From Sedimentisphaera cyanobacteriorum (lineage in GTDB: Bacteria; Planctomycetota; Phycisphaerae; Sedimentisphaerales; Sedimentisphaeraceae), in assembly GCF_001997385.1 (NCBI RefSeq), contig NZ_CP019633.1, positions 1,860,001 through 1,892,000 on the forward strand: a DNA stretch of 32,000 nt. The letters are read 5' to 3'. Positions 15,548 to 23,326 of the stretch are shown here, piece after piece. Made by a program: the position numbers and the translations under genes. Positions within the stretch are counted from its first letter, which is position 1. Each line of letters begins with the position of its first letter. The notes under the pieces were generated by a model. That model searched no databases, was not told the DNA's origin, and worked only from the letters and a program-made list of their open reading frames with translations.

Positions 15548-16669
15548 ATGGAATCCAAGAAAATGATATTCGCCTTTTTACTGCTTGCCGGCACATTATC
15601 AGCAGTTCAAATCCCGGCTCCTCTTTACGTTGATACAAGAAATTTCGGCAGTGCAGACCCGGAAATCGTTTGGAACGAATACACGCAGCAGTGGTGGATT
15701 TTTTACAACAGCCGGCGCGTGTTGAAGGAAGACGTGAACGGAGGAACCCCTCTGGGAGTAGCAGTTTCGGAAGATTTGGTTAGCTGGGAGTTTCTCGGCT
15801 ACTGCAAGCTCGAAGGCAAAGGCGGGACCAAAAATGCCCCTTACACCTGCTGGGCTCCAGCGATAATAAAAGACGGCGATGAATACCATATGTTCGTTAC
15901 CTTTAAGGAAGGCACTGATGGATTCTGGGGCAGCGGGAAGTCCGGTATAAAGCATTACATCGCACCTTCTGAGGATCTGCTGAACGGCTGGAAATCCGCC
16001 TCTGTGGACTGGGTTCTGCAGGATGATGGAGCGATAGATGCAGGCCTTCTGAAGAAGGGCGAGAAATGGATTATGTACTATCGTAATATGTACAAGCCGG
16101 CAAACGGTAAAAAACGTTCCGGCATATTCCGTGCAGAATCGAGCGACCTTCTGCACTGGGAGAAAAAAGGGCTTGCAGGCGGAGATATAAACAACCGCCA
16201 AAAGAAATTCTCAATGCACAAAGACAGCCTTCTGCCTGTAAGCAGCGGCAGTCCTCAGGCGGTTCATAAAAGAATAGGCTATCAGGAAGCCCCCTACCCC
16301 TTCTACTGGCAGGACCGATACTGGCTAAGTACAGACCCATACCTCTGGAGCAGCGATAATTGCAGGGATTGGGAGTATGCAGGCAGCTTTATGCACGCAG
16401 CAAGCAGAAAAGTATTCGATGATACAAAAGGCAGACATGCGAGCTTTATAGTAAGCGGGGGCAGATGCCTGGCTTTTTACCATACAGAGCCCTACCGAGA
16501 TTACAGCATAAAATACTCAGCAAACCCGCCCGAACAGAGAATAATGTTTCTGCAATGTATGGAGCTGAAATACAGCGAAGGCATATTAAGCTATAACCGC
16601 AGTAAAAAACCAGAAACGCTTGAAGATATCAAGCCTAATGGCGAATATTGGGGGCAATCCTCTCCTTAA
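15548..16669 (+). CDS. Secreted glycoside hydrolase, 5-bladed beta-propeller type (GH43-like clan)
   Basis: There is a signal peptide (MIFAFLLLAGTLSAVQ). Propeller-blade motifs in the GH43-like order are present: SADPEIVWNEYTQQWWIFY (catalytic Asp region), WAPAIIKDGDEYHMFVT, AIDAGLLKKGEKWIMYY (second Asp), and GYQEAPYPFYWQDRYWL (Glu). The family could equally be a neighbouring clan member (GH32/GH117-like). Confidence 0.6.
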   Translation: MESKKMIFAFLLLAGTLSAVQIPAPLYVDTRNFGSADPEIVWNEYTQQWWIFYNSRRVLKEDVNGGTPLGVAVSEDLVSWEFLGYCKLEGKGGTKNAPYTCWAPAIIKDGDEYHMFVTFKEGTDGFWGSGKSGIKHYIAPSEDLLNGWKSASVDWVLQDDGAIDAGLLKKGEKWIMYYRNMYKPANGKKRSGIFRAESSDLLHWEKKGLAGGDINNRQKKFSMHKDSLLPVSSGSPQAVHKRIGYQEAPYPFYWQDRYWLSTDPYLWSSDNCRDWEYAGSFMHAASRKVFDDTKGRHASFIVSGGRCLAFYHTEPYRDYSIKYSANPPEQRIMFLQCMELKYSEGILSYNRSKKPETLEDIKPNGEYWGQSSP

Positions 16670-16868
16670 GCAAAAGTCCTCTATAAGCCAAATATAAATG
16701 AAAAGGCCAGCCGCGCTTGCTGGCAGGCGCTAAGGCCAACCGCAAGCGTCAGCAAATTCTGTTTTTAACAGAGCCCTATATCTTACACTACAACACTGTA
16801 AGGACTAATTTATCATAATTTCACAAGAATCATGCAGCAAAAATTCTTCAGGCGGAAAAAAGCAGTAA

Positions 16869-16890
16869 AATCAAGTGTTTACACTTGATT
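16869..16890. promoter_or_regulatory. Perfect 22-bp palindrome AATCAAGTGT-TT-ACACTTGATT (candidate operator)
   Basis: The arms are 10 bp with a 2-nt spacer, too tight for an RNA hairpin and typical of a dimeric DNA-binding site. It lies in the 455 bp AT-rich region, 235 bp upstream of the 17125 gene. Confidence 0.35.
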
Positions 16891-17046
16891 CGCTTGCTGA
16901 AAAACTTCTCAGAATTGGGGAATAGATTTGAATATTTGGGAATTTTATGTTTTACTGTTTTCATTATCAAAATTAACAGAGAATAAGGCTTTAGTGTTCG
17001 TGCATAAAATAAAAATGGATTAGACCTTGAAGCTTCTTAATTGTGG

Positions 17047-17077
17047 TTGACTGTCAAGTTAAATTGGTTAATATACT
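17047..17077 (+). promoter_or_regulatory. Candidate sigma70-type promoter for the RACo-like gene
   Basis: TTGACT (17047-17052) is followed either by TAATAT (17069-17074, 16-nt spacer) or by TATACT (17072-17077, 19-nt spacer). This is about 50 nt upstream of the ATG at 17125, which has GAGG 9 nt upstream. It is flanked by the imperfect inverted repeat CTTAATTGTG (17036-17045) / CACAATTTAAG (17091-17101). Confidence 0.3.
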
Positions 17078-17124
17078 TAATGTCTTTTATCACAATTTAA
17101 GCATAGAAATGAGGTTAGACTAAA

Positions 17125-18960
17125 ATGAACAATTCTCTGGTTCATGTCAAATTTTTAAACCGCGGGCACCGAGTTCATATAAACCGCGGCGAAACAATCC
17201 TTGATGCAGCTAAGAAAGCGGGCGTTTACATCAATTCACCCTGCGGGGGTATGGGGCTTTGCGGAAAATGCAAAGTTCTTGTCCGCTCCGGCAAGACTGA
17301 GATTACTGAAGAAGAGAGGAAATTTCTCAGCTCCGAAGAACTTGAGGAAGGCTTCAGGCTTGCCTGCAAGGCTGCTGCAGAAAGTAATTTGGAAGTTGAA
17401 ACAGAACAGGAGAAGAGCGGTTCAAAGATATTATCTGCGGGGATTCTCAACGGGGATGTAAACATCCAGCCAGCTTTATTCGTGAAAAAAGTAAAGCTTT
17501 CGAAACTCGAACTCGGCTCCGATAAGAGCTATGCCGAGCTCCTGGAAGAGATGATCCCCGGGGCAGGCTATGATTTAACAATCCTGAAACAATTAGCAGA
17601 AATAACAGCAAGCGAAGATGATTCATTCAGCGCAGTAATGATGGACAAGCAGATTCTTTCTCTAAACAGAGAAAGCAGTTCGCAGGATTTGTATTCGGTA
17701 TGCTTTGATATCGGGACTACCACGATTGCAGGTGAGCTCGTGAATCTGAGCACGGGCGAATCGGTTGATTCTGTATCAGCGGGCAATGCTCAGGGCGGAT
17801 ACGGTGCAGATGTGCTTTCCAGAATCAACCACAGCTCACAAAGCAGCGAAAATCTTAGAGAAATTTCAGGTGTAATCGTTAGGCAGATAGACGAACTGAT
17901 CCTGCAGCTCTGCCGGAGAGCTGAGATAAGGCCTGAAACGATATACTCTCTGTTTGCTGCTGGGAATACCACAATGCTCCAGCTCTTTGCGGGCATAAAC
18001 TGCTCAAATTTGGGAAAAATTCCGTTTGTAAACGTGCTCGGAAGAGGAACTCTGGTGAAGGCAAAAGAGATCGGCCTGAATAACTTATTTTCTGAAGGTG
18101 ATGTTTACCTTATGCCAGTAATTGGAGGTTTTCTCGGCGGGGATACCACCGCCTGCATAGCAGCGGCGAATATAAACAACGAAAAGCAAAAGCTCCAGCT
18201 TCTTGTTGATATAGGTACCAACGGGGAGATTGTGCTTAACAATTACGGGCATATCACCGCGGCATCCACTGCGGCAGGGCCTGCGCTTGAGGGGGCGAAG
18301 ATATCGTGCGGGATGCGTGCAGACACAGGGGCAATTGATGAATGCACTCTTGAGGGCGAAGATATAAAGTTCAGCAGCATCGGCAGCGAAGAGCCTGAAG
18401 GTATATGCGGCAGCGGGCTTATAGACGCGATTGCCTGTATGCTTAGAGCAGGGGTTATCAATATGATGGGACATTTCACCGATAAGCCGGAAACCCTTCC
18501 TGAAGGCATCAAATCAAGACTGATAAATAATAACGGTCAGATGGAATTTGTGCTGAGCGAAATCGGCTCAAAACGCGTTGCGATAACTCAAAAGGATATA
18601 CGCGAATTCCAGCTTGCCGCAGGGGCGATAAGAGCGGGCATAAACATACTTCTGAAACGGTGCGGGCTTAAATTTTCTCAGCTGGATGAGGTTTTGCTGG
18701 CAGGCGGATTCGGAGCGTTTCTCAATGTTGAAAATGCGTGCAGAGCCGGACTGCTGCCTTGCGAGTCCACGGGCTGCGCTTCAAGGATCAGCAGCATCGG
18801 GAATGCGGCTCTTGCAGGCGTTAAACGGATTCTGCTGGACAGCACGGCAAAAGAAAAGCTCGAAATAGACTGCCGGGAGATTGAACACGTAGAACTCTCA
18901 CTTGACACAGATTTCCAGATGGAATTCTCAGAGGCGATGCTTTTTCCACAAATAAATTAA
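17125..18960 (+). CDS. RACo-like corrinoid reductive activase: N-terminal plant-type [2Fe-2S] ferredoxin domain + ASKHA-fold ATPase (DUF4445)
   Basis: The N-terminus SPCGGMGLCGKCKVLV...GFRLACKA gives the Cys4 2Fe-2S motif. ASKHA phosphate motifs are CFDIGTTTIAG and LLVDIGTNGEIVL. The adenosine-like motif is GICGSGLIDA. The length (611 aa) and domain order match the RACo / corrinoid activation-regeneration family. Confidence 0.85.
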   Translation: MNNSLVHVKFLNRGHRVHINRGETILDAAKKAGVYINSPCGGMGLCGKCKVLVRSGKTEITEEERKFLSSEELEEGFRLACKAAAESNLEVETEQEKSGSKILSAGILNGDVNIQPALFVKKVKLSKLELGSDKSYAELLEEMIPGAGYDLTILKQLAEITASEDDSFSAVMMDKQILSLNRESSSQDLYSVCFDIGTTTIAGELVNLSTGESVDSVSAGNAQGGYGADVLSRINHSSQSSENLREISGVIVRQIDELILQLCRRAEIRPETIYSLFAAGNTTMLQLFAGINCSNLGKIPFVNVLGRGTLVKAKEIGLNNLFSEGDVYLMPVIGGFLGGDTTACIAAANINNEKQKLQLLVDIGTNGEIVLNNYGHITAASTAAGPALEGAKISCGMRADTGAIDECTLEGEDIKFSSIGSEEPEGICGSGLIDAIACMLRAGVINMMGHFTDKPETLPEGIKSRLINNNGQMEFVLSEIGSKRVAITQKDIREFQLAAGAIRAGINILLKRCGLKFSQLDEVLLAGGFGAFLNVENACRAGLLPCESTGCASRISSIGNAALAGVKRILLDSTAKEKLEIDCREIEHVELSLDTDFQMEFSEAMLFPQIN

Positions 18961-19043
18961 AACTAATTTATGTTTAATATAAGTAACTTGAAATATAAAT
19001 ATTCAAACTTATAATAACGTCCTGATTAGCGAAGGTATTAATT

Positions 19044-19565
19044 ATGACAAGGTCATTAATAGCAATCACAGCAGTCCTATTTATCTTTGGCTGCGAAAAT
19101 CAGTACACAGTAGTAACTGAGCAAGGGAGCAAAGATCTCCCTCTCAGCAAAGCTCTGGATAACGCAGAAACCGAACAGGAGCTGTGGAATCTGCACAGCA
19201 AGGCGGTAGAAGAAGAGGACAAAAAAAGGATAGAAGCATATATTCAGAAGCATTACAACCACAAAACAGAGCAGCTTGAAAAACGCGAGCTGAATGCTTC
19301 TTCAGAATACCTTAAAAAGCAGAATAAGAGAAGAATGGATTATGTAAAATCTCATTTTCTCAGCAAAGAAATGAAAGAACTGATCCTTCAGGGCGGTTAT
19401 AAAAAGGGAATGACAAAGGAACAGTTCAGGGCGAGCCGAGGCAAACCTACAGATATCACCGAATTTAAAAACAACGAAGGTGAAATGTTCGAGGTTTGGA
19501 CAGAAGGCTTGTTCAATGAGAGGAAATTTTACTTCAAGAACGGGAAACTTGATTTTTGGGATTGA
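19044..19565 (+). CDS. Lipoprotein with C-terminal SmpA/OmlA (BamE-like) fold candidate
   Basis: The signal and lipobox-like sequence is AVLFIFGC|ENQ. A charged helical middle follows. The C-terminal GMTKEQFRASRGKPTDITEF...FEVWTEG...FYFKNGKLDFW resembles the BamE/SmpA_OmlA pattern. Confidence 0.55.
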   Translation: MTRSLIAITAVLFIFGCENQYTVVTEQGSKDLPLSKALDNAETEQELWNLHSKAVEEEDKKRIEAYIQKHYNHKTEQLEKRELNASSEYLKKQNKRRMDYVKSHFLSKEMKELILQGGYKKGMTKEQFRASRGKPTDITEFKNNEGEMFEVWTEGLFNERKFYFKNGKLDFWD

Positions 19566-19584
19566 CAGTGTTATTTGAAACCGG

Positions 19585-19962
19585 GTGCTTATGGCAACGA
19601 AAGCTGAAAAATTTCGTGATTTTCTTGAAATAGCCGCAAGACTTTCAAGTGTTGCAGTTATTATACTGATTACAGCCCTCACTGCTGACAGAGGGCTTCG
19701 ATTTGAAGGCATGTCAGCAATGGCTCTTTTAATGTTTGCCTTTTTTCCAATCGGAATTGTAATCGGAATGGTACTTGGCTGGACAAAGCCTATTTTAGGC
19801 GGGAGCATAACGCTCATCTGCGCTCTGATATACTATACGCTTTACGTAATTCAGAACGGCACAATACCGCTTGGCGAGACATTTTACGTTTTCCCCGCCC
19901 CCGGCGGAGCGTTTCTTGTGAAGGGCATAGCTGATATATTGATTATGAATCAGTCGAAATAG
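19585..19962 (+). CDS. Hypothetical multi-pass membrane protein
   Basis: The protein is 125 aa with 3-4 hydrophobic segments. It starts 19 nt after the lipoprotein gene (GTG at 19585 or ATG at 19591). I did not recognise a family. Confidence 0.5.
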   Translation: MLMATKAEKFRDFLEIAARLSSVAVIILITALTADRGLRFEGMSAMALLMFAFFPIGIVIGMVLGWTKPILGGSITLICALIYYTLYVIQNGTIPLGETFYVFPAPGGAFLVKGIADILIMNQSK

Positions 19963-20564
19963 GTCTTGCAGTCTTTATTTTCAGCCATATCAAAGAAAAG
20001 CTTTAACTGCTTTTCAGTAGTTCTCTGGGAAGAAAGAGGCGGGATCCGGTCTTTGCTGAACCAAGCCACGTCTGAAGTTTCTTCGCTGGCCTTCGGCTTT
20101 CCGCCAACTATCCTGCACCGGAAAAACAATTTGTAAATATTGAACGGATAAGGCGGGAAATGACCCTGGCTGTCTCTGTCAAACACTGCGAGGAGCTGGT
20201 CGGTTTGAGTTTGGTAGCCTGATTCCTCCCAAACCTCGCGAACAACATTCTCCGAGGGCTTCATTCCGTTTTCACACCACCCGCCGGGGAGAGTCCAGCC
20301 GCCGTCTTCGATTTCCTTAACCAGCAGCACCTTGCCGTCTTCAATTATAACCCCCCTGCTGTCAACCTTGGGAGTTGGGTAGCCTGTATCGCTCTGAAAC
20401 AGCTCAAGGATCTGCTCTGGGGTATTCGAAGTAAATTCAGAGCCTATCTGAGCAGCTATTCTCTCTATATCCTTATGCCTCTGGAGCTCGTAATTATCTT
20501 TAGCAAATTTCTTGCCCGCCTGAGATATCGTTTTAAGCTCTTTAACTATCTCTAACCAGTTCAT
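19950..20564 (-). CDS. NUDIX hydrolase with N-terminal helical NUDIX-associated domain
   Basis: The Nudix box is GGWCENGMKPSENVVREVWEESGY (REVWEESG = R-E-U-x-E-E-x-G). The Glu normally found in G-x5-E is Met here. The N-terminal ~60 aa helical domain (MNWLEIVKELKTISQAGKKFAKDNYELQRH) resembles the Nudix_N_2-type extension. Its ATG overlaps the ygiQ stop by 1 nt (TAATG). Confidence 0.85.
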   Translation of the reverse strand: MNWLEIVKELKTISQAGKKFAKDNYELQRHKDIERIAAQIGSEFTSNTPEQILELFQSDTGYPTPKVDSRGVIIEDGKVLLVKEIEDGGWTLPGGWCENGMKPSENVVREVWEESGYQTQTDQLLAVFDRDSQGHFPPYPFNIYKLFFRCRIVGGKPKASEETSDVAWFSKDRIPPLSSQRTTEKQLKLFFDMAENKDCKTYFD

Positions 20565-22381
20565 TATCTTTTCCTTTTCTTTTGATAATCTGCTTTTTTC
20601 CTGATTTGCTCCAAAAGCCTGAATTTCCGCTTCCTGGAAAGGTGTTTTGAAATGATGCCGAAATGTTTGGGCTCATAGTATCTGAGAAGAGCAAACTGAA
20701 GCTTTTTAGCAGAGCTGCCTTTCGCTGTGAATATTTTATTACAGTTTTTATCGATACCTGATACAAACATTGCAGTTGAAAGCGAGAGAGGAGATGGAGT
20801 AAAATCCTGCACCTGCCTTGGCATAATATTCTTCGAAACGAGGTGTTCAGTAAGCTTTTCTGCATCCTCATTAGTGCAGCCCGGATGGGAGCTGATGAAA
20901 TAAGGTACTAAATACTGCTCCTTGCCTGCCTTTCTGCTCTCTTCGTTGAATTTATTCTCAAATTTCTCAAATAAGCCGAATCTGGGTTTGCCCATATATT
21001 TGAGTGTGTTATTTGAAAAATGCTCGGGAGCAACCTTCAAATGCCCCCCTACAAATTCCTTGCAGAGAATACGCATATACTCATCCGATTTAACAGCCAG
21101 ATCGTACCGAACGCCTGAGGCAACAAAGGCATTCCTGCCTCTTCCTGCCTTTTTCCACCGCAAAACAGACTTCATCAGCGAGATCAGTTTTTCGCAGCTG
21201 CAATCCAGATGTTTGCAGATATTCGGATAGATGCAGCTCTGTCTGCTGCAAATCTTCTGCTTTCGGCATTTCATTGCATACATATTCGCTGTAGGGCCGC
21301 CTATATCCTGTATTGTACCTTTGAAGTCTTTGCGTTTTGAGAGCTTTTCAAGCTCTTTGATGATATTGCCTTCAGATCTCGACGAAATCTCTTTGCCCTG
21401 ATGGAAATATATCGAGCAGAATGAACAGCCGCCAAAGCAGCCTCTGTGGGTGGTTATGGAAAACTTCACGGACTCCAATGCAGGCACTTCACCTTCCTTT
21501 CTGCAATCAGGGTGAGTCTCTCTGGTGAATGGCAGCGAATAAAGCCTGTCCATTTCGGCCTCGCTGAGCGGCCTTGAAGGCGGCATCACCGCAATCCTTC
21601 CAGCGCCCTGATCCTGCACAACCGCTTCACCTTCGGGGAAGCACCGCTTCTGGTATTCAAGATGAGCCTGCATAAAGAGCTTATTGTCCGACAAAATCTG
21701 CCGGCAGGAAGGAAGCTCAAAAAACTTTTCCGGAGCAGGGCTGTTTTTCCTCAGATTGTAAGCTGTGCCTGGAATGCCTGCAAGCTGGTCTATTGTGCAG
21801 CCGGCGCTTAGCTTTTCTGCGATTTCGCAAACGGCCAGTTCGCCCATACCGTGCACAAGGATATCCGCCTTGGAATCTGTTAGAATGCTCTTTTTTATTT
21901 TGTCTTCAACGTAATCATAATGCGTTAGCCGCCGAAGCGAGGCCTCGAGCCCGCCAATCACGATGGCAGCATCCTTGCAGGCCTCTCTGGCTCTTGCGCA
22001 GTATGTGAGAACCGGCTTTTCAGGCCGCCGGCCGATTTTCCCTGCGGGAGAATAAACATCGTTCTTGCGTTTATGTCCGAAAGAGGTGTAGCTGTTGAGC
22101 CGGCTGTCTATAGAGCCGGAAGTAACTGCCCAGAACAGGCGGGGACTGCCGATTGCTTTGAAGTCTTCTGCGCTTTTCCAGCCGGGCTGAGATAAAACAG
22201 CAACCTTAAAGCCGAAGCTTTCAAGCCATCTGCCGATAACAGCAGCTCCGAACGCGGGATGATCTACGTATGCATCGCCGGTAACGATGATTATATCCGG
22301 CTCATCCCAGCCTCTGGCCTCTATATCCTGCCTGCTTGCCGGAAGGAAATCTTCTCTTTTGTAAAGTGATTTTGTTTTGAT
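20564..22381 (-). CDS. ygiQ: YgiQ-family (UPF0313) radical SAM protein; the start codon is non-canonical or unresolved
   Basis: The radical SAM cluster motif is HRGCFGGCSFCSI (CxxxCxxC). IGGLEASLRRLTHYDY and the basic C-terminal tail are typical of YgiQ. The frame stays open for 141 codons upstream of the first GTG (21961) and encodes the conserved YgiQ N-terminal domain (FLPASRQDIEARGWDEPDIIIVTGDAYVDHPAFGAAVIGRWLESFGFKVAVLSQPGW...SPRLFWAVTSGSIDS). That stretch contains no ATG, GTG or TTG. The in-frame TAA is at 22385-22387 and the first near-cognate codon, ATC, is at 22381-22379. Confidence 0.85.
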   Translation of the reverse strand: MKTKSLYKREDFLPASRQDIEARGWDEPDIIIVTGDAYVDHPAFGAAVIGRWLESFGFKVAVLSQPGWKSAEDFKAIGSPRLFWAVTSGSIDSRLNSYTSFGHKRKNDVYSPAGKIGRRPEKPVLTYCARAREACKDAAIVIGGLEASLRRLTHYDYVEDKIKKSILTDSKADILVHGMGELAVCEIAEKLSAGCTIDQLAGIPGTAYNLRKNSPAPEKFFELPSCRQILSDNKLFMQAHLEYQKRCFPEGEAVVQDQGAGRIAVMPPSRPLSEAEMDRLYSLPFTRETHPDCRKEGEVPALESVKFSITTHRGCFGGCSFCSIYFHQGKEISSRSEGNIIKELEKLSKRKDFKGTIQDIGGPTANMYAMKCRKQKICSRQSCIYPNICKHLDCSCEKLISLMKSVLRWKKAGRGRNAFVASGVRYDLAVKSDEYMRILCKEFVGGHLKVAPEHFSNNTLKYMGKPRFGLFEKFENKFNEESRKAGKEQYLVPYFISSHPGCTNEDAEKLTEHLVSKNIMPRQVQDFTPSPLSLSTAMFVSGIDKNCNKIFTAKGSSAKKLQFALLRYYEPKHFGIISKHLSRKRKFRLLEQIRKKADYQKKRKR

Positions 22382-22408
22382 TTTTTAACTGCGAATTTGA
22401 ATGTTATT

Positions 22409-22996
22409 TCAGTCGTTCGCCTGCAAATCGGAAAAGCAGGCCGGAGCTTGTTCACAAAGCGTTTTGAGTATGTATGCAGCGGCTTGTCTTATCTCCCACT
22501 GGGCCTTGGGGCTTATTCGAAGCTGGATAACGTGTCTCCACTGCCTGAAATTCCCCGTTACCACAATCTCCGAACAGCACGCATTGGGCAGAACAAACCT
22601 TGCGTCCTCTTTTTTCAGCCCCCGCTCCCGCCATTTTGCGTACATGGCGTTTATGGCTTCCATATCGCTGCGAAATTCTTCGATGTATTCTTCCGGGAGG
22701 CTCGCAGGGACAACATAATCAAAGGCGTTTTCATCAACATACCTCTGAGACTGCTGCGAGAATGACATAATCCTGTGCCTCACGAGCTGATGGGTCATCG
22801 CTCTTGAACAGCCCCTTATGCGGAAGGTGGCCGAGGCGTGTTCCAAAACGCTCTCATGCCCTGCTCTTACAATTTTTCTTATAAAATCTTCCGATGAGCT
22901 CGCGCCCATCTTATCAAAACTCAGATAGCAGGTTCTGCCCGCCTCTTCGATAATTTCCTGGGAGTTTGGAGTTATTGCAAGTAGAGATATTTCCAA
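22409..22996 (-). CDS. thyX: FAD-dependent (flavin-dependent) thymidylate synthase
   Basis: The ThyX signature R-H-R-x2-S-x4-S-x-R is present as VRHRIMSFSQQSQRY. The length is ~195 aa. The flanking blocks SVLEHASATFRI and NFRQWRHVIQLR are typical. Confidence 0.95.
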   Translation of the reverse strand: MEISLLAITPNSQEIIEEAGRTCYLSFDKMGASSSEDFIRKIVRAGHESVLEHASATFRIRGCSRAMTHQLVRHRIMSFSQQSQRYVDENAFDYVVPASLPEEYIEEFRSDMEAINAMYAKWRERGLKKEDARFVLPNACCSEIVVTGNFRQWRHVIQLRISPKAQWEIRQAAAYILKTLCEQAPACFSDLQAND

Positions 22997-23216
22997 AACG
23001 CTTTCTCCTATATAAAAGTATTCAGCCTGAAATATATTACAGTCTTTAAGGCTTTAATCAAGCAGATTCGGAATAGGTAAGATTTAACAGTATTAAGACT
23101 ATTGTTTACTTGAAAAATTTTTTATTCATTTTGAAATAAAAAATAGTTTAAAGAAAAATTTTCGAAAAAACGTGTGCGACAATTTTTGGATTTAATATAA
23201 CCGGTAAAATCGACAG

Positions 23217-23275
23217 GCCTCTGTTTCGCAGTGCCGCGCCTGCAAGAGAGGCTCGGGTTTCATTGTGAAACAGAG
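23217..23275 (-). terminator. Structured element with mutually exclusive hairpins downstream of the TonB-module operon (weak terminator candidate)
   Basis: On the plus strand, CTCTGTTTC (23219-23227) pairs with GAAACAGAG (23267-23275). Alternatively, GCCTCT (23217-23222) pairs with AGAGGC (23247-23252). On the minus strand the structure is followed by ...CCTGTCGATTTTACC, only a short U tract. It lies 52-110 nt after the TPR gene stop (23327). Confidence 0.3.
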
Positions 23276-23326
23276 CTTTAAATCATTGCAATAATTGGAT
23301 AAGAATTATTCCGGGAGCACTTGGCG

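Noticed and set aside
15599-16201. Long antisense ORFs inside confident genes: 15599-16201(-) in the GH43-like gene, 23555-24181(+) opposite the TPR gene, 26986-27546(+) opposite the TtpC-like gene, 29922-30476(+) opposite the receptor, 8777-9301(+) opposite the Tat protein, and 1421-1846(-) / 2182-2679(-) opposite sulfatase 1.
   Set aside because: Their translations are low-complexity and Arg/Ser/Cys-rich with no recognisable motifs. In every case the opposite strand carries a protein with clear family signatures. They are best explained as shadow ORFs.
20564-22381. The radical SAM gene as the anaerobic sulfatase-maturating enzyme (anSME) for the two Cys-type sulfatases.
   Set aside because: The domain organisation (YgiQ N-terminal domain, IGGLEASLRR block, basic C-terminal tail, ~600 aa) is that of UPF0313/YgiQ, not the ~370-400 aa SPASM-domain anSME family. 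It is also 16 kb away in an unrelated operon.
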